A DNA stretch of 64,000 nt from Klebsormidium nitens (taxonomy: Eukaryota; Plantae; Klebsormidiophyceae), in assembly GCA_000708835.1 (NCBI GenBank), contig DF237090.1:93936-157935 (forward strand). The letters run 5' to 3'. A program made the position numbers and the translations under genes. Positions 39,196-52,410 of this stretch are shown here, piece after piece. The notes under the pieces were generated by a model, which was not told the origin of the DNA, did not search any database, and saw nothing but the letters and a program-made list of their open reading frames with translations. Position 1 is the stretch's first letter. Every line of letters begins with the position of its first letter.

Positions 39196-41357
39196 TCAGG
39201 GCCCACAGCCCGCCTCCACTGTCACCACTCCTAGCGGCAGCTGGTACGCCGCTTGGCGCACTGTGATGAACGGATAGTCGCGCATGTCCGCCTCCTTCTT
39301 GAGCAGCAAAAAGACCACCGCCTGGAATCGAGCGGGGCAGTTGCGGTACCATTGGGTCCTGTCGACGTACTGGCGCGTGACTGCCAGATCGGTGCTGAAG
39401 TAGTCGCGCAGCGGGTCGGATTCGCGGCTGGTGGGCAGCAGACCGTGCGCCAGAATGCTCGGAATATTGCGCGGGGGAGTGCCATGGAATGCCACCACGA
39501 ACGGGCCCAGGATGGGGGACAATCGGAGGTAACCACACAAACCTGCAAAGCAGGAGAGGGCATCTTGATTTTGCAAATCGGGCTTGCCTGGGTTTGTCTG
39601 GTCGAATTGAAATTGTGACGGGACTAACAGCTGCTGTAAGCACAAGTCAAGGGAACTGGTGTTTAGAAGTCTGCAGGGACGTTGAGGCCCACTTGGTCTT
39701 TGATTAAGTGTAAGATTAGCATGCATGCGGCTGTTAACTACTGTAGCTGCTATCAGTACAAATGCTCCTACACATCCCAGGAGACTCCGCGTCTAGCTTT
39801 GTAAGCAACACCTAGTAGGAGACACAAGCATGCTTCACGGGTCCGCTCATCACCTTTGTTAAAAGGATCTACGATGCTATGAAAAATGGATGACGAAGGT
39901 TCTGCCTAGGGGGCCGGTTGTCCCCTCGGCGGCTCCCACCCGGTAGTCTCACCCGGGATGGTGTCCTCGTGTTGCAGCAGCGTGTCCAGGAACCGGTTGA
40001 GCATGTAGCTGGTAACCCGCAGGTGCGCATTAAGGCGCACGTCCGTCACCCGGTACCCGCGTGCCAGCTGCGCCGCGCGCCTCCCGAGGAAGCTTTCGTC
40101 GCACAGTTTGAGCAGCTCCTTGCGCAGGGCCGCCTGCGCGAGATCAGCGCGATCAAGATACTAAGATAGAAAGACCGTTAATTTCCAGTCCTCAGGGCCC
40201 GCAGCACTTCTTACCGCTCCGCGTCGGCTACAGAGTACTGTTTGGAAACTCTAGGATGTGGTTGCGTTCCATCGACCTAAAAATTCCTGATCTTGAACGA
40301 ATGTCATACTCCGAGGTGTTTGGAGCAATCTGATGACGAACTTTTCGTCAGCGGAGCGATGCAAGTGCAAAGAAAGGGTCCGTGCAGCCCTCACCCGTCT
40401 TCGCTGCACTCCGCCGTTTAAGTAGCCACGTGGTATCGCCCCCGAGACAATCTCCGCGATAGTATCTCTGCAGCCGTGAAGGAGACTCCTTCTTTTCTGC
40501 CAAGAGGCTCCTTTGAGCTTCAGCAACCAATTGTTCATGCGGGAAGCGCACGGAAGACGACAAAGAATGACCTCAGGGCCGCACCGGTCGCTTTGATGCA
40601 GCCCACTTAGCCACTGCGGGGCGAAGAGCTTCGCACCGCCGTAACAAGCCATCTGCATTCTGAAATCCAAGGCTTTGCGACAAAAGTTTGTCCACGGGCA
40701 AATATGTACAAGCCTTGACAAGTTGGTTCAACTTACCCGGGAATGACCTCCGGAAACAGGCACCAGGCGAGGAAGAGCAGGGCGGGCAGCACCGGCAGAG
40801 CAATGGCCAGGTACAACGCCCCCAAACCCAGGAGGTAAGCGAAGAGCGCGCATAGGGTGAAGCCCAGGAATGGCGGGCAGAAGAAGAAGCCCAGCAAGAA
40901 GACGGTCGGCCCCAGCTTCGCCTTCAGGATCTCTAGTTGGTCCCACAAATAGGAAACGACGTCGCAAACCTGACGATAAGGAATTGATTCTGGTTACAGA
41001 GACTTTGCAGAGCTCAACGGCGACAGGAGAAGTTGGGCGTTTGAGTTACGATAAGGTTTCAGGCGGAATCGAGTGCAGGTGGGGAGCAATGCATGCACTG
41101 TTTTGAAAGATGCAATTCCTTCTCCGGTCAATGCTCCAATTACTTCCAAATCATTGACTCATCTTCGGTACATCCTGTCTTCGGTGATGTCTTGGGTTCT
41201 CTCGAAAGTCTCCATGTTCATGCAGGCCCAACTTTCAGCATCTTCCAAGCGGAAGTCTTTGATTGCTGTGGGAAAATACAAACACCTATGCAGAATTTTC
41301 GGTCAGATTGGAACGCCTGTCTGTAGACAGCGCACTTACATCTACTCCCCCTTCCAT
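39196..41357 (-). CDS. Membrane-anchored minimal ADP-ribosyltransferase (PARP-like catalytic) protein, paralogue A
   Basis: Exons 41357-41340 (MEGGVD), 40969-~40737 (long hydrophobic TM hairpin), from 40467, ~40133-39953 (RVTDVRLNAHL..RF) and ~39543-39196 (VAFHGTPPRNIPSILAHGLLP..DYFSTDLAVTRQY..AVVFLLL..PFITV..AYQLPLGVVTV). The junction into the RVTDV exon needs a small 23-nt exon (tentative). Confidence 0.75.
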
Positions 41358-42214
41358 CTCGACGCCCTGCCCTCTTTTTGCTGGCCGTGGTTGTGGCTGG
41401 AAAAATGAGCTCCTGCTTCTGGCATATGGGAGCTCGTGTTTCCGATCTTGGCCGGCGACCTTGCGGATCAGTCACGTTGCCTTCCTGATCAAATGAGTCG
41501 AAAGCGCCCAGTTGTTGCAATTCATTCTCCTTGCATGGGGCAATCTGCACGATCAAGTGCTTTCGCACCGAAATGTCGCGACCACTGCAACTCTCAGAAC
41601 GTCACAAGCCCGACATTACAATCGTCATACACATCGAGGACGCGACTCGACCTGCCAGTATGAAGTTGGAGGAGACATTCATGCTCATTAAGGTGCCATT
41701 GCTGGTCTCAAGTGTCACTCAAGGATCGAGATGGGCGGGGAAAGTGGATACGAGTCGAATTCGACGGTTCGCAGATCAATCATATTCTTAACTCTTCGAC
41801 CGCAGCAGCTACCGTGCGGTACTTTCAACGGAGAAGTGCTGCATGTCACCATTGCAAGTAGCCGCCGGGTGGGATCGCATTCTTTCAAGCTTTCAAGTCC
41901 TCTGGAGAGGAACCTACTGACTGGAACTAAAGGTGAGGGTTGTATGCATCTTTTAACGCAGAGGGGTAGTCCATGGTTGCCCGTCGATTCGTCTCGTCTG
42001 GAGTGATTTGAGCAGTGGGGAAGTGACGATAAGAAAACGGAAACCAGACCGCTTGACCCTCAATGCGCCATGCAAGGGGAAATGAAAAGTGTTATCTGGG
42101 TGCTGGCCTGAGCATTTGGACGCTCTCGACTTTTCGGCAGTCGCTCGAAGATACTAGCTTCCATGCGGAAGAAGTGAGAAGTCTTCTAGCTACAGCGAGG
42201 GGGCCAGAAAAGCG

Positions 42215-44502
42215 ATGGCAGGATATCGAAGGGCGGGGATTGCAGATGTGAGTGCGCTAGTTCTACATGTGAACGATCGTGCTTGATGATTGTAGATTGC
42301 TGCATGGTCGCTGAATCTGCTCACGTTGAGAATATGCAGACCCTCGCCATGAAAAAGTAGATTCTGATGGGCCGCACAATGTGAACTCCGAGCAGATGTC
42401 AAAATGCACCGGGCTAATGAAGAAAGATCTGACTCGTTGAAAGCGTAAAGCAGAATGACGGGAGAAGCTATTCCGCGATTTGGTGCATCCTTTGCTCACC
42501 GCCTGAATTTGAATTCTCCTGACTGGACCTCATAAACATTTCTTGAAGATCCAGTTCACGTTAGTTTAGCTTGTTCACCTCTCAAGTATCAGTTGTTGAA
42601 GTCTGAAGTCTGGAAAGTTTCTCCCACGTTGATTTCGCCCTTCCGTATCAGTTTCTGGACTCCTTGTGCGACCAAGCAGAGCTCCTGAGGGCGTTCTACC
42701 GGCCGCGGCTCGTCTTCCTGCTGTGCGTCTTCCTCTGCCCGTTCTTCCTGGGCTTCACCACGCTCGCGCTCTTTGGGCACATCCTGGCTCTCGCCTACTT
42801 CTGGGCGCTGTACCTGGCCTTCGTTCTGCCGCTGCCCATCGCGGTCTTCCTCGCCTGGTACCTCTTCGCGGAAATGATACCCGGGTAAGTCAGCGCAGGT
42901 AGCTAAAGCTAAAGATCAAGTGGCACATACGCGCTTTCCTCCGTAAATGTTTCGATGCTTGAGGGTGCAAAAAAGCATTGTACGGCGTTGAAGTGCTTTT
43001 CAGCTCGCAGGTGCCAACTTTGGGCGCTTTGGTTTTGGACGTACGGTGCGGCTGTAAGATCGTTCTTTGCTTGCGCTTCTCGCATCCGCAATTGCTTGCT
43101 GAAGCTAAGAGCACTCTTGCCCTGTAAGAACTTATGCTTTCATTTCGGCCGCAGTGAAATCATTGCTGACGTCACGTCGGAGGCAACACCGCGTGTCTAT
43201 CCAACCTGGGAAGTGCAGCAGACTGCGGCTCCTCGTGGCCCATCACTGTGGGATCGAAGACAGGTTGGAGCCGCTCAAGGCTTTCTTTTTTGGCATCGCT
43301 TCGCCGACGACAAGCAAACTATCCAGATACGTTGGAACATTTTGGCGCGACGCACAATGAGGCGAAGAAATTTGTCCATTATTCATGTCAGAAAGGTAAC
43401 AAAACGCGACCGTTTTCCAGTGTTTCCATGTGACAGTCTGCAGCCAAAGTTCTGAAGATTATAGACGGGCTCCAGGGCCCCATAAGTTGGATTTCTATTC
43501 TTCCGTCTTGATTACGCTGATCTCGCGCAGGCCCTGCGCGAGCGGCTGCTCGAAATGTGCGACGAGAACTTCCTGGAGAGGCGGGTGGCGCAGTTGGCGC
43601 GCGGGTACCGGGTGACGGACGTGCGCCTGAACGCGCACCTGCAGAGGTCCAGCTACATGCTCGACCGGTTCCTGGACACGCTGCTGCAACACGAGGACAC
43701 CCTCCCGGGTGAGCCAACCGGTCGGAGACGTGACAGGATGCTTAGAAGGCTCCTCAACCGGGGTTTTGTAGAGGGTTCTTCCATCTTTTCTCCCCCTGTT
43801 TTGTCCCCCCTCCCCCTGACACCAGCATTGTAATCCCTTCGGACAGTGCGGAGAGCTGACCCCTGGTATATGGAAATCCGCGTGTATATCCTGCCAGCTG
43901 GTTCTCTTCTCAGGCTCGAAAGCGGGCCTTTCGCAGTTTTGGGAGGCGTTTAAGTCGGTGGCAGAAGCGCCTCCAATGCCCCTACGCTCAATCGAAGACC
44001 GATAACCGTCGGCCCTGCTTTATCATTGCACCAGCCCTTATTCTCTCTCCTGGTATCAGGAACCAGTGTTTTCACACACAAGAACGACACAAGCCCACAT
44101 GACGAACGATTGCCCTGCCCCTGTCCTCGGTTAACAGATCTGTGGGAGGAACTCCGGTCGTCCCCCGGCCTGGGCCCGTTCGTGGTGGCGTTCCACGGCA
44201 CTCCCCCGGCCAACATCCCGAGCATCCTGGCCCATGGCCTGCTGCCCACCAGCCGCGTGTCCGACCCGCTGTGCGACTACTTCAGCACCGATCTAGCCGT
44301 CACCCGCCGGTACGTCGACAAGACCAATCGACTATGGTACCGCAACTGGCCCGCCCAGTTCCAAGCAGTCGTCTTTCTGCTGCTCAAGAAGGAGCCGGCG
44401 GTCGTGGACCACTTTTCGTTCATCGTGATGCGCCACGCGGCGTACCAGCTGCCGCTGGGAGTCGTGACGGTAGAGGCGGACTATGGGCCCCAAGAATTTT
44501 AG
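42215..44502 (+). CDS. Membrane-anchored minimal ADP-ribosyltransferase (PARP-like catalytic) protein, paralogue B
   Basis: Exons 42215-42247 (MAGYRRAGIAD), 42652-42884 (TM hairpin), 43155-43395, 43531-43708 and 44138-44502 (VAFHGTPPANIPSILAHGLLP..DYFSTDLAVTRRY..AVVFLLL..FSFIVM..AYQLPLGVVTV*); all phases compatible and matching paralogue A. Confidence 0.8.
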
Positions 44503-45515
44503 CAGGTCGTTTTCAAGCTTCGGCTTCAAATCGGCGCGAAACTCTTAAAATACGTCCTGGACATCTACTGTGGCCTTGTTAAGGTACATGCCATAATACT
44601 ATAAGACTTGCCACACAAGCAGCAAATAGGTGCTCAGCCGCCCGAGCGTCCCATCGCCAAGTTACTTGCATACGCTGCCAGTGGGTCGAGTCGAAGGCAG
44701 CTTGCTAGGTTTTTGATTACGTCCAGGTGGAAACGTTAGCGCCTCGCAATACGTTTACAGAGGCTTGCCACTAACGGAGGCACACTTCGAGGCCGCATTC
44801 TTCTTGACACTGCGGTGAGCGCTTTCTGTTCCATGCAGCGACGTAGCCTCGACTATACATCCGAGCAGGATGGTGGTTTTACAGGATTGCTTGGCTGATA
44901 CCTGCAGCGCCTAGCAAACATGTGCCAACCTGCCGTGACCGTACCGGTTCCACAGTGCATTTACTGGACGTACCTGCATGCTTGTTCATTTTCGTGCGCT
45001 GTGACATTGTTGAGTCCGGCCGCGGGCAGAGATATACAAAAATTGCCGCGAACGGCGATTGCATGGAGTATACGTCACTTGCACCGCATGCATGAACCAT
45101 GTGCACCATGCAGCCTGATGCTCAGTTGGAGTGGAACCCATGCTTACGTTCATATGCGCGTTTTTGTACTACACGTAGTACGTGGCATGTTTGCACCGTG
45201 GACAGCAAGACTCGTGCACTTTTGCCCTACGAACTGATGCACTTCACATACATATGAGCATCATCAAATTGATTTTCCAAATGTAAAGCTAGCTAGAACC
45301 CCCCGCAGCGCAAGTGCTTGCCCACTATATGTACGTCCATCCGATTGCATAGCATGTCAAGTACGGCAATACGGACGCCTTGCCAGCTTGAGGAATTTCA
45401 ATCACATGCATAGTCACTGATAGAATCACTCAACGGCGTTCACCGGCACGTACAGACAGTTGTACGTGCGGGTGGAATAGGTCGTGCAATTGCCTGTGCA
45501 TCCTCGTTGCACTTA

Positions 45516-45562
45516 TTGTAGATAATACTCGATCCGTGGTTGTAGATAATACGCAATCCGTG
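45516..45562. repeat. 24-bp tandem duplication
   Basis: ttgtagataatac(tcg/gca)atccgtg twice. Confidence 0.8.
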
Positions 45563-45835
45563 CACACGAATACGCAACCGGACAATTGAGTCACAGACCA
45601 GCATGAGAAAGCCATCGTATAGCCGCTTAGTCCTAGCAAGATTTTGGGCCAGGACGGTTTTACAATAGAACGCGTGTCAGCAAGCCTACGTATCAAGAGC
45701 TTGAATGCAAGGCATTGGAAACGAGACACCCGTGTTCTTGAAAAGGATGTGTGTGTCCCGTCTCTTGAAACAACATGAAAGTCCTGAAACTTGGACAAAT
45801 GAGTCCAACCATGGAGGGTTGCCGTCGGCAGTAAG

Positions 45836-48800
45836 TTACAGTTCGATCTTATCGATGCAGATTCGCACTAATGTGGAGTAATTCTCCGGATCCGACATTC
45901 GAATTGCCGGATGGAGAGCTTTATCTTTCTTACATTTCCCTATTTGAATTGACTGAAGAGGACCCTGCACGGACGTTGCCATCGGCTGCGCCAAGAAAAG
46001 AGCAGAATTTAGGGAAGTGCGACGCAGCCGACTGGATGCATCGGTAGCCATGAAGCACAATGGTAGGTCAACCCACTCACGAAGTGGCAGCTTGCTGGCC
46101 CCTTTGACGAAGCGTGTGAAAATACAGTCGGCTTTGTAGGAACGAGCGATAGAAACTAACCTTGCCGGGATGCAGGAGGAAACCGAAAGCTGCAAGGTGG
46201 TAAAAAGTTCGTCAACAGGACTGCAAGTACGAGGACTCACCTCGATCAACGCGAACTTGCCGTCGGCGGCATCGCAGCCATCCAGGAAGAGTGACGTGAG
46301 CATGGGCATCCGGTCGTGGGCTGCTCTGATGAAGTCGACGGGCAGCCCCCGGCCGCTGTGCACCAGCTTCAGGGACGCGAGCGCGAAGCAGGAGGTGAAG
46401 AGGACGTCGGCACCGTCGGCTGTGACTCGGCCACAGTTCTGCACGGAACGTCGACACGCAGTTGATCCGCCGTCAGAGGAAGTCGCACAGACTTGGTCGG
46501 CAGCACGCAGTATTCCATTGCCCCTGATCCTCGCTTCCAAGACGTGCCACATCTCGAGAGAACCGGCAGGTGTGAACAAGGTCGATGGGGAGGGCACACG
46601 TGTCTGTGTGAGCGAAGCTAGCAATCAGTCCACTCACCAATCCAGCAGAACTTTCGCCTGGGATGCCCTAGCGTTCTCGAACAATCTCAACGGATCGTCA
46701 GGCCATAGAATTTCACGCTTACCTCGAGTGCCAGGTGGCGCAGTGCGGGCCAGCCCTCGGCGATGAGTTTCAGAGCGGCCGGGGTCAGTCGGCGAGCGCC
46801 CGCCAGGGCGAGCTTTTCGAGCGTGGGCAGTCCGTTGGCCAACCGGGCGATGCAGGCATCATCGAGGGTCGAGATGCCCCCGATCTGCAGAAATTGTGAG
46901 AGCGCTAATGAGGCCGGCACAGCAGTGCCTGGATCAGGATTAGGCCTTAGCTTCTAGTTGAATGCGACTGTGGCTTTCCAAAACTTGGGTAAGGATCGAG
47001 CAGCATAGCCAAAACAAAGTGCAGACTGTTGAGCAAAGCACGCAGACAGTAAGATCTCTGTGTCCTTTCTTCAGGCACTCAGAGAAGGCTGCGCACAGTC
47101 GTAAAAGTCCTGTCGGCTTCCGAGCAAGAGCGTCACGGGAAGACAATAACGTATTCGCGGGAAGCTAGCAACAGATATCGTCAAAGTGCCGAAAGGCTTA
47201 CTGCTTGGCATACGAAGTAATGCATCAATCAATCACTTAAAAGATCTACGCACGCTAACCGCTTACCAGCTTCAATGTTCGCAGGCTGGCCCCTGCCGCC
47301 GAGCCACAGAGGGTGTCCAGCAGCCTGGGCGTAAACGGCCCCGCACAGTGGTGCAGGCTCAGGGTCGAGAGGTGCTGGGCCTGACGAACAACCGGGAGGA
47401 TGCCCTCCCCGGAGATCATCTGTTAAAAGGAAGAAACAGGCTGGGGGCCAGATGTTGCAAAAGACACAGGAGGTGAAAGTTTGAGCGAAGCAGCGACGGC
47501 GTCGCCCACTGGCTTGCAAACGAGACTGTAGATGCGTCATACAAAGTGGCGTCCAAATCTGGATAAAATCATACATGCGACCAGTAGCGTAAGTTCAGAC
47601 ACTGACCGTGCACGCGCACCGGATCCGGACAAGCGGGCCGCCTTTGAAACAGAGCCCTTGATTCTGGGCTTCAAAGGCGCACTTCCACAAAGAGATAACT
47701 CGTCTATAGCGTGTCAGCATTGAACCGGACAAGTCAAAAGGCACGATCAGTCAAGCAATCATCTGACGAAGCAGGATAAGGACCTGTTCTTGTGTCCACT
47801 AGCCTCACCAGCATGCGCAGCCTGAGATGCTCCAGCCGCGGGCACGCTCCTGCAAGCTCCGCCAAATCCGCGTCACTGACCGCTGCCCCCAGGCCCAATG
47901 TCAGCGACCGCAGCTGGCCAAGGGCGGAACCCAGGCGCCGAAAACTCCCGTGGCCGAAACCCCAGCTCACTTTCAGCGTCTCCAGCTTGGACCCCTCTCC
48001 CCACACCGCCGGCTGCTCCGAAGGTCCGACCGAAAAAGGTTCTTCGGCTTGTCGATGCCCGTCTGCTGATCGCTCTGCTGCTGACTTACTACCAACCCTG
48101 TGCCCATCAGTCTTCCCGCTCGACGTCGATTCGGCACGAGAGCAGCCGTCTTTCATTCCGAGCCTACTACAGTCTCCCCCGTCGTCTAGAGAGCACTCAC
48201 GTGAACCGACCTGGTTGCAACCCCTGACGTCCAGCCGCTGGAGCCGCGGGTTCTTGCGCAGGAGCATTGCCAGCTCGTCGCCTGGTATCCGGAGCCCGTT
48301 CACGTCGAGTCTCCGGATGCTCGAACTGGCGAACGAGAAGCTGCCCGAGGCTACAATGCCGGACAGAGAAATTTCTTCCAGCCGGTCAAGCCCGGCGGTC
48401 AGGGCCGCAGCATGCTGCCCGCCCAGCTCTCTGCAGTGGCTGACGTCCAGAACCCGCAACCAGGACACGTCTGCTCCCAAAACCCCGCTCGTGGGCGCCT
48501 CGAAGCCGCCCTGCTCCGCCCGTGCTCCCAGCAACGGGCCACTGTTCGCATTCTCACCACATGGCTTCCCAGACGGAAAAGTAGAGGCAGGCTGTTCAGT
48601 GCCTTCGCGCACGCTGGCGGCTGCGTCTGCTGCTTCTATGGAACCTCTCGACGGTTCATCGGTGCCCTGGGTCCACCCATCTCTCGCCAGCAGCGCTGCC
48701 GCGGACTCCCTTCCGAACTTCGTCCCCGCCGCTCGCAGTTCCGTGAGGCGGGGCAGCTTGAGCAGAAGCGCTGCGAGGCTGTCGTCCGCCACGTCGGGGC

Positions 48801-51800
48801 ACCACGAGACGTCCAGGCTGGTCAGGTTGGGACACGTGGAGGCCAGCAGATGCAGCAGCGGGGCACCCACGTCGGAGCGCTTGCGCAGCGCGATGTCCAC
48901 CAGCCGGGGGTAAGCGCACCGGGGCTGCACGAGGCCTCGCTGACTAAGAACCGCGGGATCCGAGTAGCCCCCCGGACCGAGGATCTTATTTGCTGGGGCC
49001 CTGCGCACTGGCCGCGGGGTCCAAATGTCGTCGAACTGAGTGGGGGCTTCGTCGGGAGCCCACCCGGGCAGCATCCAATCAGGCGACGGCTCGTACGGCC
49101 GGCGCTTCGGCTGTCCCGACGAGACAGAGAGGTCGAGAGACTGGAGGTTGGGGTGGCCTTCCCCCAGAAGGAACGCGGAGGGCAGGTGCGGGCAGTTGAC
49201 GGCGGTGAGGTGGGCTAGACTGGGGAGCAGGTCGGCGAGACCGAACAGGAGTGCGTGGTGGCGCAGGCGCCAGCAGTCGGAGAGGTCTAGGCGGGTCAGG
49301 CGCGGGCAGGGGCGGCGGAAGAGGGAGAAGAAGGACGCCTCGTTGAATTGCTGGCAGCCGCGCAGGTCCAGGCCCTGCACAAAAGGGACCGACGGGTTCA
49401 GTCGATGCCAGGGGGAGCCTCAAACCTAGGGGGATGGGGTAGCGGGGCTTTGACCAAGACTGAAGGCGATGGTGACGCATCTTCGTTCCCTGAAGAAGCA
49501 CGGAAGAGTCAGGCACGGTAGGTGCGGATGATAGATTCAAGGAACGGGCGACATCAGAAGAGGATGACTCGGCATCGTTGTCCGAGCTGCAAGCAATCTG
49601 GGGCATGTTTTTTACTGCACAAGGAGGCAGCTCTTTTTCTAGGACCTATGAGCTTACTCTCGGTCGCATCCACGAGACAAGCAACACACGAAAGTAGAAA
49701 CAAGGCTCTACATGGTCAAAATCTGAAGTAATCAGGACACTGGTGGCGCGACTCCAAAAAGCTGTCCCCGGAGAGAGGCGAGTTTCATCCCCCTAGTATG
49801 GACAGGCGTACCCTGACGACCGACGTGACCTGTACCGTAGAACGCTATGAATAGCACATCAAAATCATTCCTACCTCGAGGAACTCCGATACCCGGGGCA
49901 GGAAGTCTTTGGAAAGGGTGGGCTGCCGTTTCGAGGATGCGGAGGCGCGGGGCTGGCTGGCCGCAAGCAAGGCCGCGTCAAGAACACTGCCCAGGGGTGG
50001 GCTCCGGCGACGTAGCCCTGCATCCGCATGAATGCTGTCATCACGAGTTGCACGATTGTCACCAATTTCTCTGAAAAATTCCTCGAAGTAACGAAGCTGG
50101 TTAAAAGATTGGCTGTATGTGCACCGCAACCTCCACACAAGAACATCACTAATGTGCGAGGTGTCTCGAAGAGAGAGATCAAAGTCATCTAGGCCATGGA
50201 AAAGGGAAATGTGAGTTTTCATGAGCACGTACCTAGGCGGAAGGGGAGGGGTAGCATGGCCCACCGGATCTCCTGCATTAGAATCACAAATCGGTCTGAG
50301 ATTGCAGATGCATTAAGTCCAGTATGCTAACGACATGGCGGGCATGTGACAGGCACTTCAGCAGAACCACCAAGAAAAACCAGCCAAGCATAACGATGAA
50401 TCCAGCCTTTAGTAGTCTCTTTTGATGGACAGTTGCATACTTGTGGACCATGAATCATCTCTTCTAGGAAGCATCGGACCTGCTGGTGACTGAGCTGGAG
50501 TGCTAGTTCTGGCTCGTCCCACCTGCAAAAAGTACAAAGACTCAGGCCCAATCGTAAAAGGGACTCTGCTACAAGCCACAGGGCGAAGTCTGCAAGTCAA
50601 TCAACCTAGCTTTCGGATTTTCGGGTCCAATCAAACGAAACAAGATCAGGCAAACGTTGAGTGGAAAAAGGCGGCAACAAGCTCATTATCTGCGGCGCGT
50701 CGCCTTACCTTGGCTGCCAAGCTCCACACATCTGCACATTTGTCCGTTGCCCAGTCCAGAAGCGCCTCGCAAACTACCTTTTCGCTGCACAGAGGGGCAG
50801 ATAGTCAGATTCTGGCAACCAAATTCCTTTCTGACATGTGCATCACGTATAGCAGATCCTTCCGAGGGGCAGACCTTCTGGTGATCAATCCAAGACATAT
50901 AGGACTACCTTAAGCTGCGCAGACGTTGAGGACTGGACAGTTGGACGATTTCTACTTGCACATCGGCCTCCACATCTTCGACCTATTCCTTGATCTTGGA
51001 GACCGGGGTTTCCCTCACAGCAAAGAGGCCGAGGAAGTACTGCTCCTCACCTGGGAACTGTGAGGTGCTCGCTGTTGACGACCGCCATGAGCAGCTCGAG
51101 CGGCGCCTCTCGGAGGGCCTGCTGGGCCACGGCGTCCTCCTGCCACCGCATAGCACACCGTCAGGGAACCCTCCAGTCAGATCACACCAGACCCAAAGCT
51201 GGGCAGGAAGAGAAGGCCATGCTTTCGAGGTGAAAGGATCTTCTCAGGCAGCTCGGACGTATTCAGAGACACAATCTGCGAAAAGCTCAATGCTTGGCAG
51301 GCTGTGGCCTTTCTTACTTGCTCGAAGATCAAGTCCACATGATGGACCAGATTAGTGGACAAGATGAAGGGCATGTGATGAACAACGGAGGTCTCACAAA
51401 GAAGACTGCCAGGGTCACCACGCAGAGCTCAGCCACGGCGTCCGCCGCTGCAGCATCTCTTGCCACGTCCTTGGCGGCTGTCCAGAGGCCGCACGCTGAT
51501 TCGAGGTCCACCACTGGCCCGCTTTCCTGACCGGGCCGAGGGGTGCAGCTGGAGATCCAGTTGCGACACTGACCCAGGAGGCTCTCGATGCCAAACATGT
51601 AAGCAGACTGCAAAGAGATCGACATGACTTTTCAGTCAAAAGATGGTTGCCGCTGTCAGGGGCTGTCAGGAATGCATGGAAGTTCGTTGCAGTACCCAGA
51701 CAGAGACTACAGAGAACATCACGTTTTATCGAGTAGTCAGCTGATATGCAAAAGCTGAAGGCAGTTCTCATCCAGTAGTTGCGGGCCAAGAGAGAGCAGG

Positions 51801-52242
51801 TACATTGAAGCGGTGGAAGTGTGGTAAGATTCACCCCAGACGTGCTCACCTGTATCAGGGGCAGGATGTCATTGGGCTCGATGTTCAGTTCCTTGCCATA
51901 AAGGAAGCCCAGGACCTTGGCAAAGATGGTCGCATCCCAATGCACTGTGACAGTCTCTTGGGTCGCCTCCTTGAAATTTGAGAACAAGGACTTGAAATAG
52001 TCAGAAGATGAAAGCAAAACGCTCTTATGTGCCAGGAATTTTGTTGCATGTCCTCCGGCCCCCTTTGGCGATTCTCCAAAGCCACCGTCACTGGCCTGTT
52101 CTCTGATTGACCCCTGTGCGTTTTCCCCCTCTGTTCCCAGCAGCTTCTCCGGGAAACCATCGGGACCCTCACAAACAACTAAGGTCACATCACCTTGATC
52201 CAGCGGTGGTAGTGCTTCTGCGAGGGCGCTGAGATCCATCAT
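45836..52242 (-). CDS. FBL11: BTB/POZ-BACK-LRR (RNI-like) protein, FBL11-like
   Basis: 5' exon DVTLVV..FLAHKSVLLSSSDYFKSLF..F..VLGFLYG (BTB); AYMFGIESL..C..W and EAPLELLMAVVNSEHLTVPS (BACK-like); then cysteine-containing LRRs (LDLRGCQQF, LDLSDCWRL, LTSLDVSWCPDV, LDVSHCREL, LEKLALAGARRL). Some internal exons and the exact 3' end are unresolved. Confidence 0.75.
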
Positions 52243-52410
52243 GTATGACCGCTGGAACAGCTACCGATGTGCACCCAAAACCGGAATGATTCACAAAACT
52301 ATGGCCATCAATGCTTGATGCGCTGCTCTTTGATATGTAAAGCCCCTATTACTTAATGAAAGCTGACGGGCTTCAAAAGTACTGCCCCTCTGCTTTCTCA
52401 ACTGTGCTGG

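Noticed and set aside
42955-43154. 5' part of the 166-aa ORF as an exon of ART paralogue B
   Set aside because: An 8-nt indel relative to paralogue A and a shared gcag acceptor just downstream indicate this part is intron.
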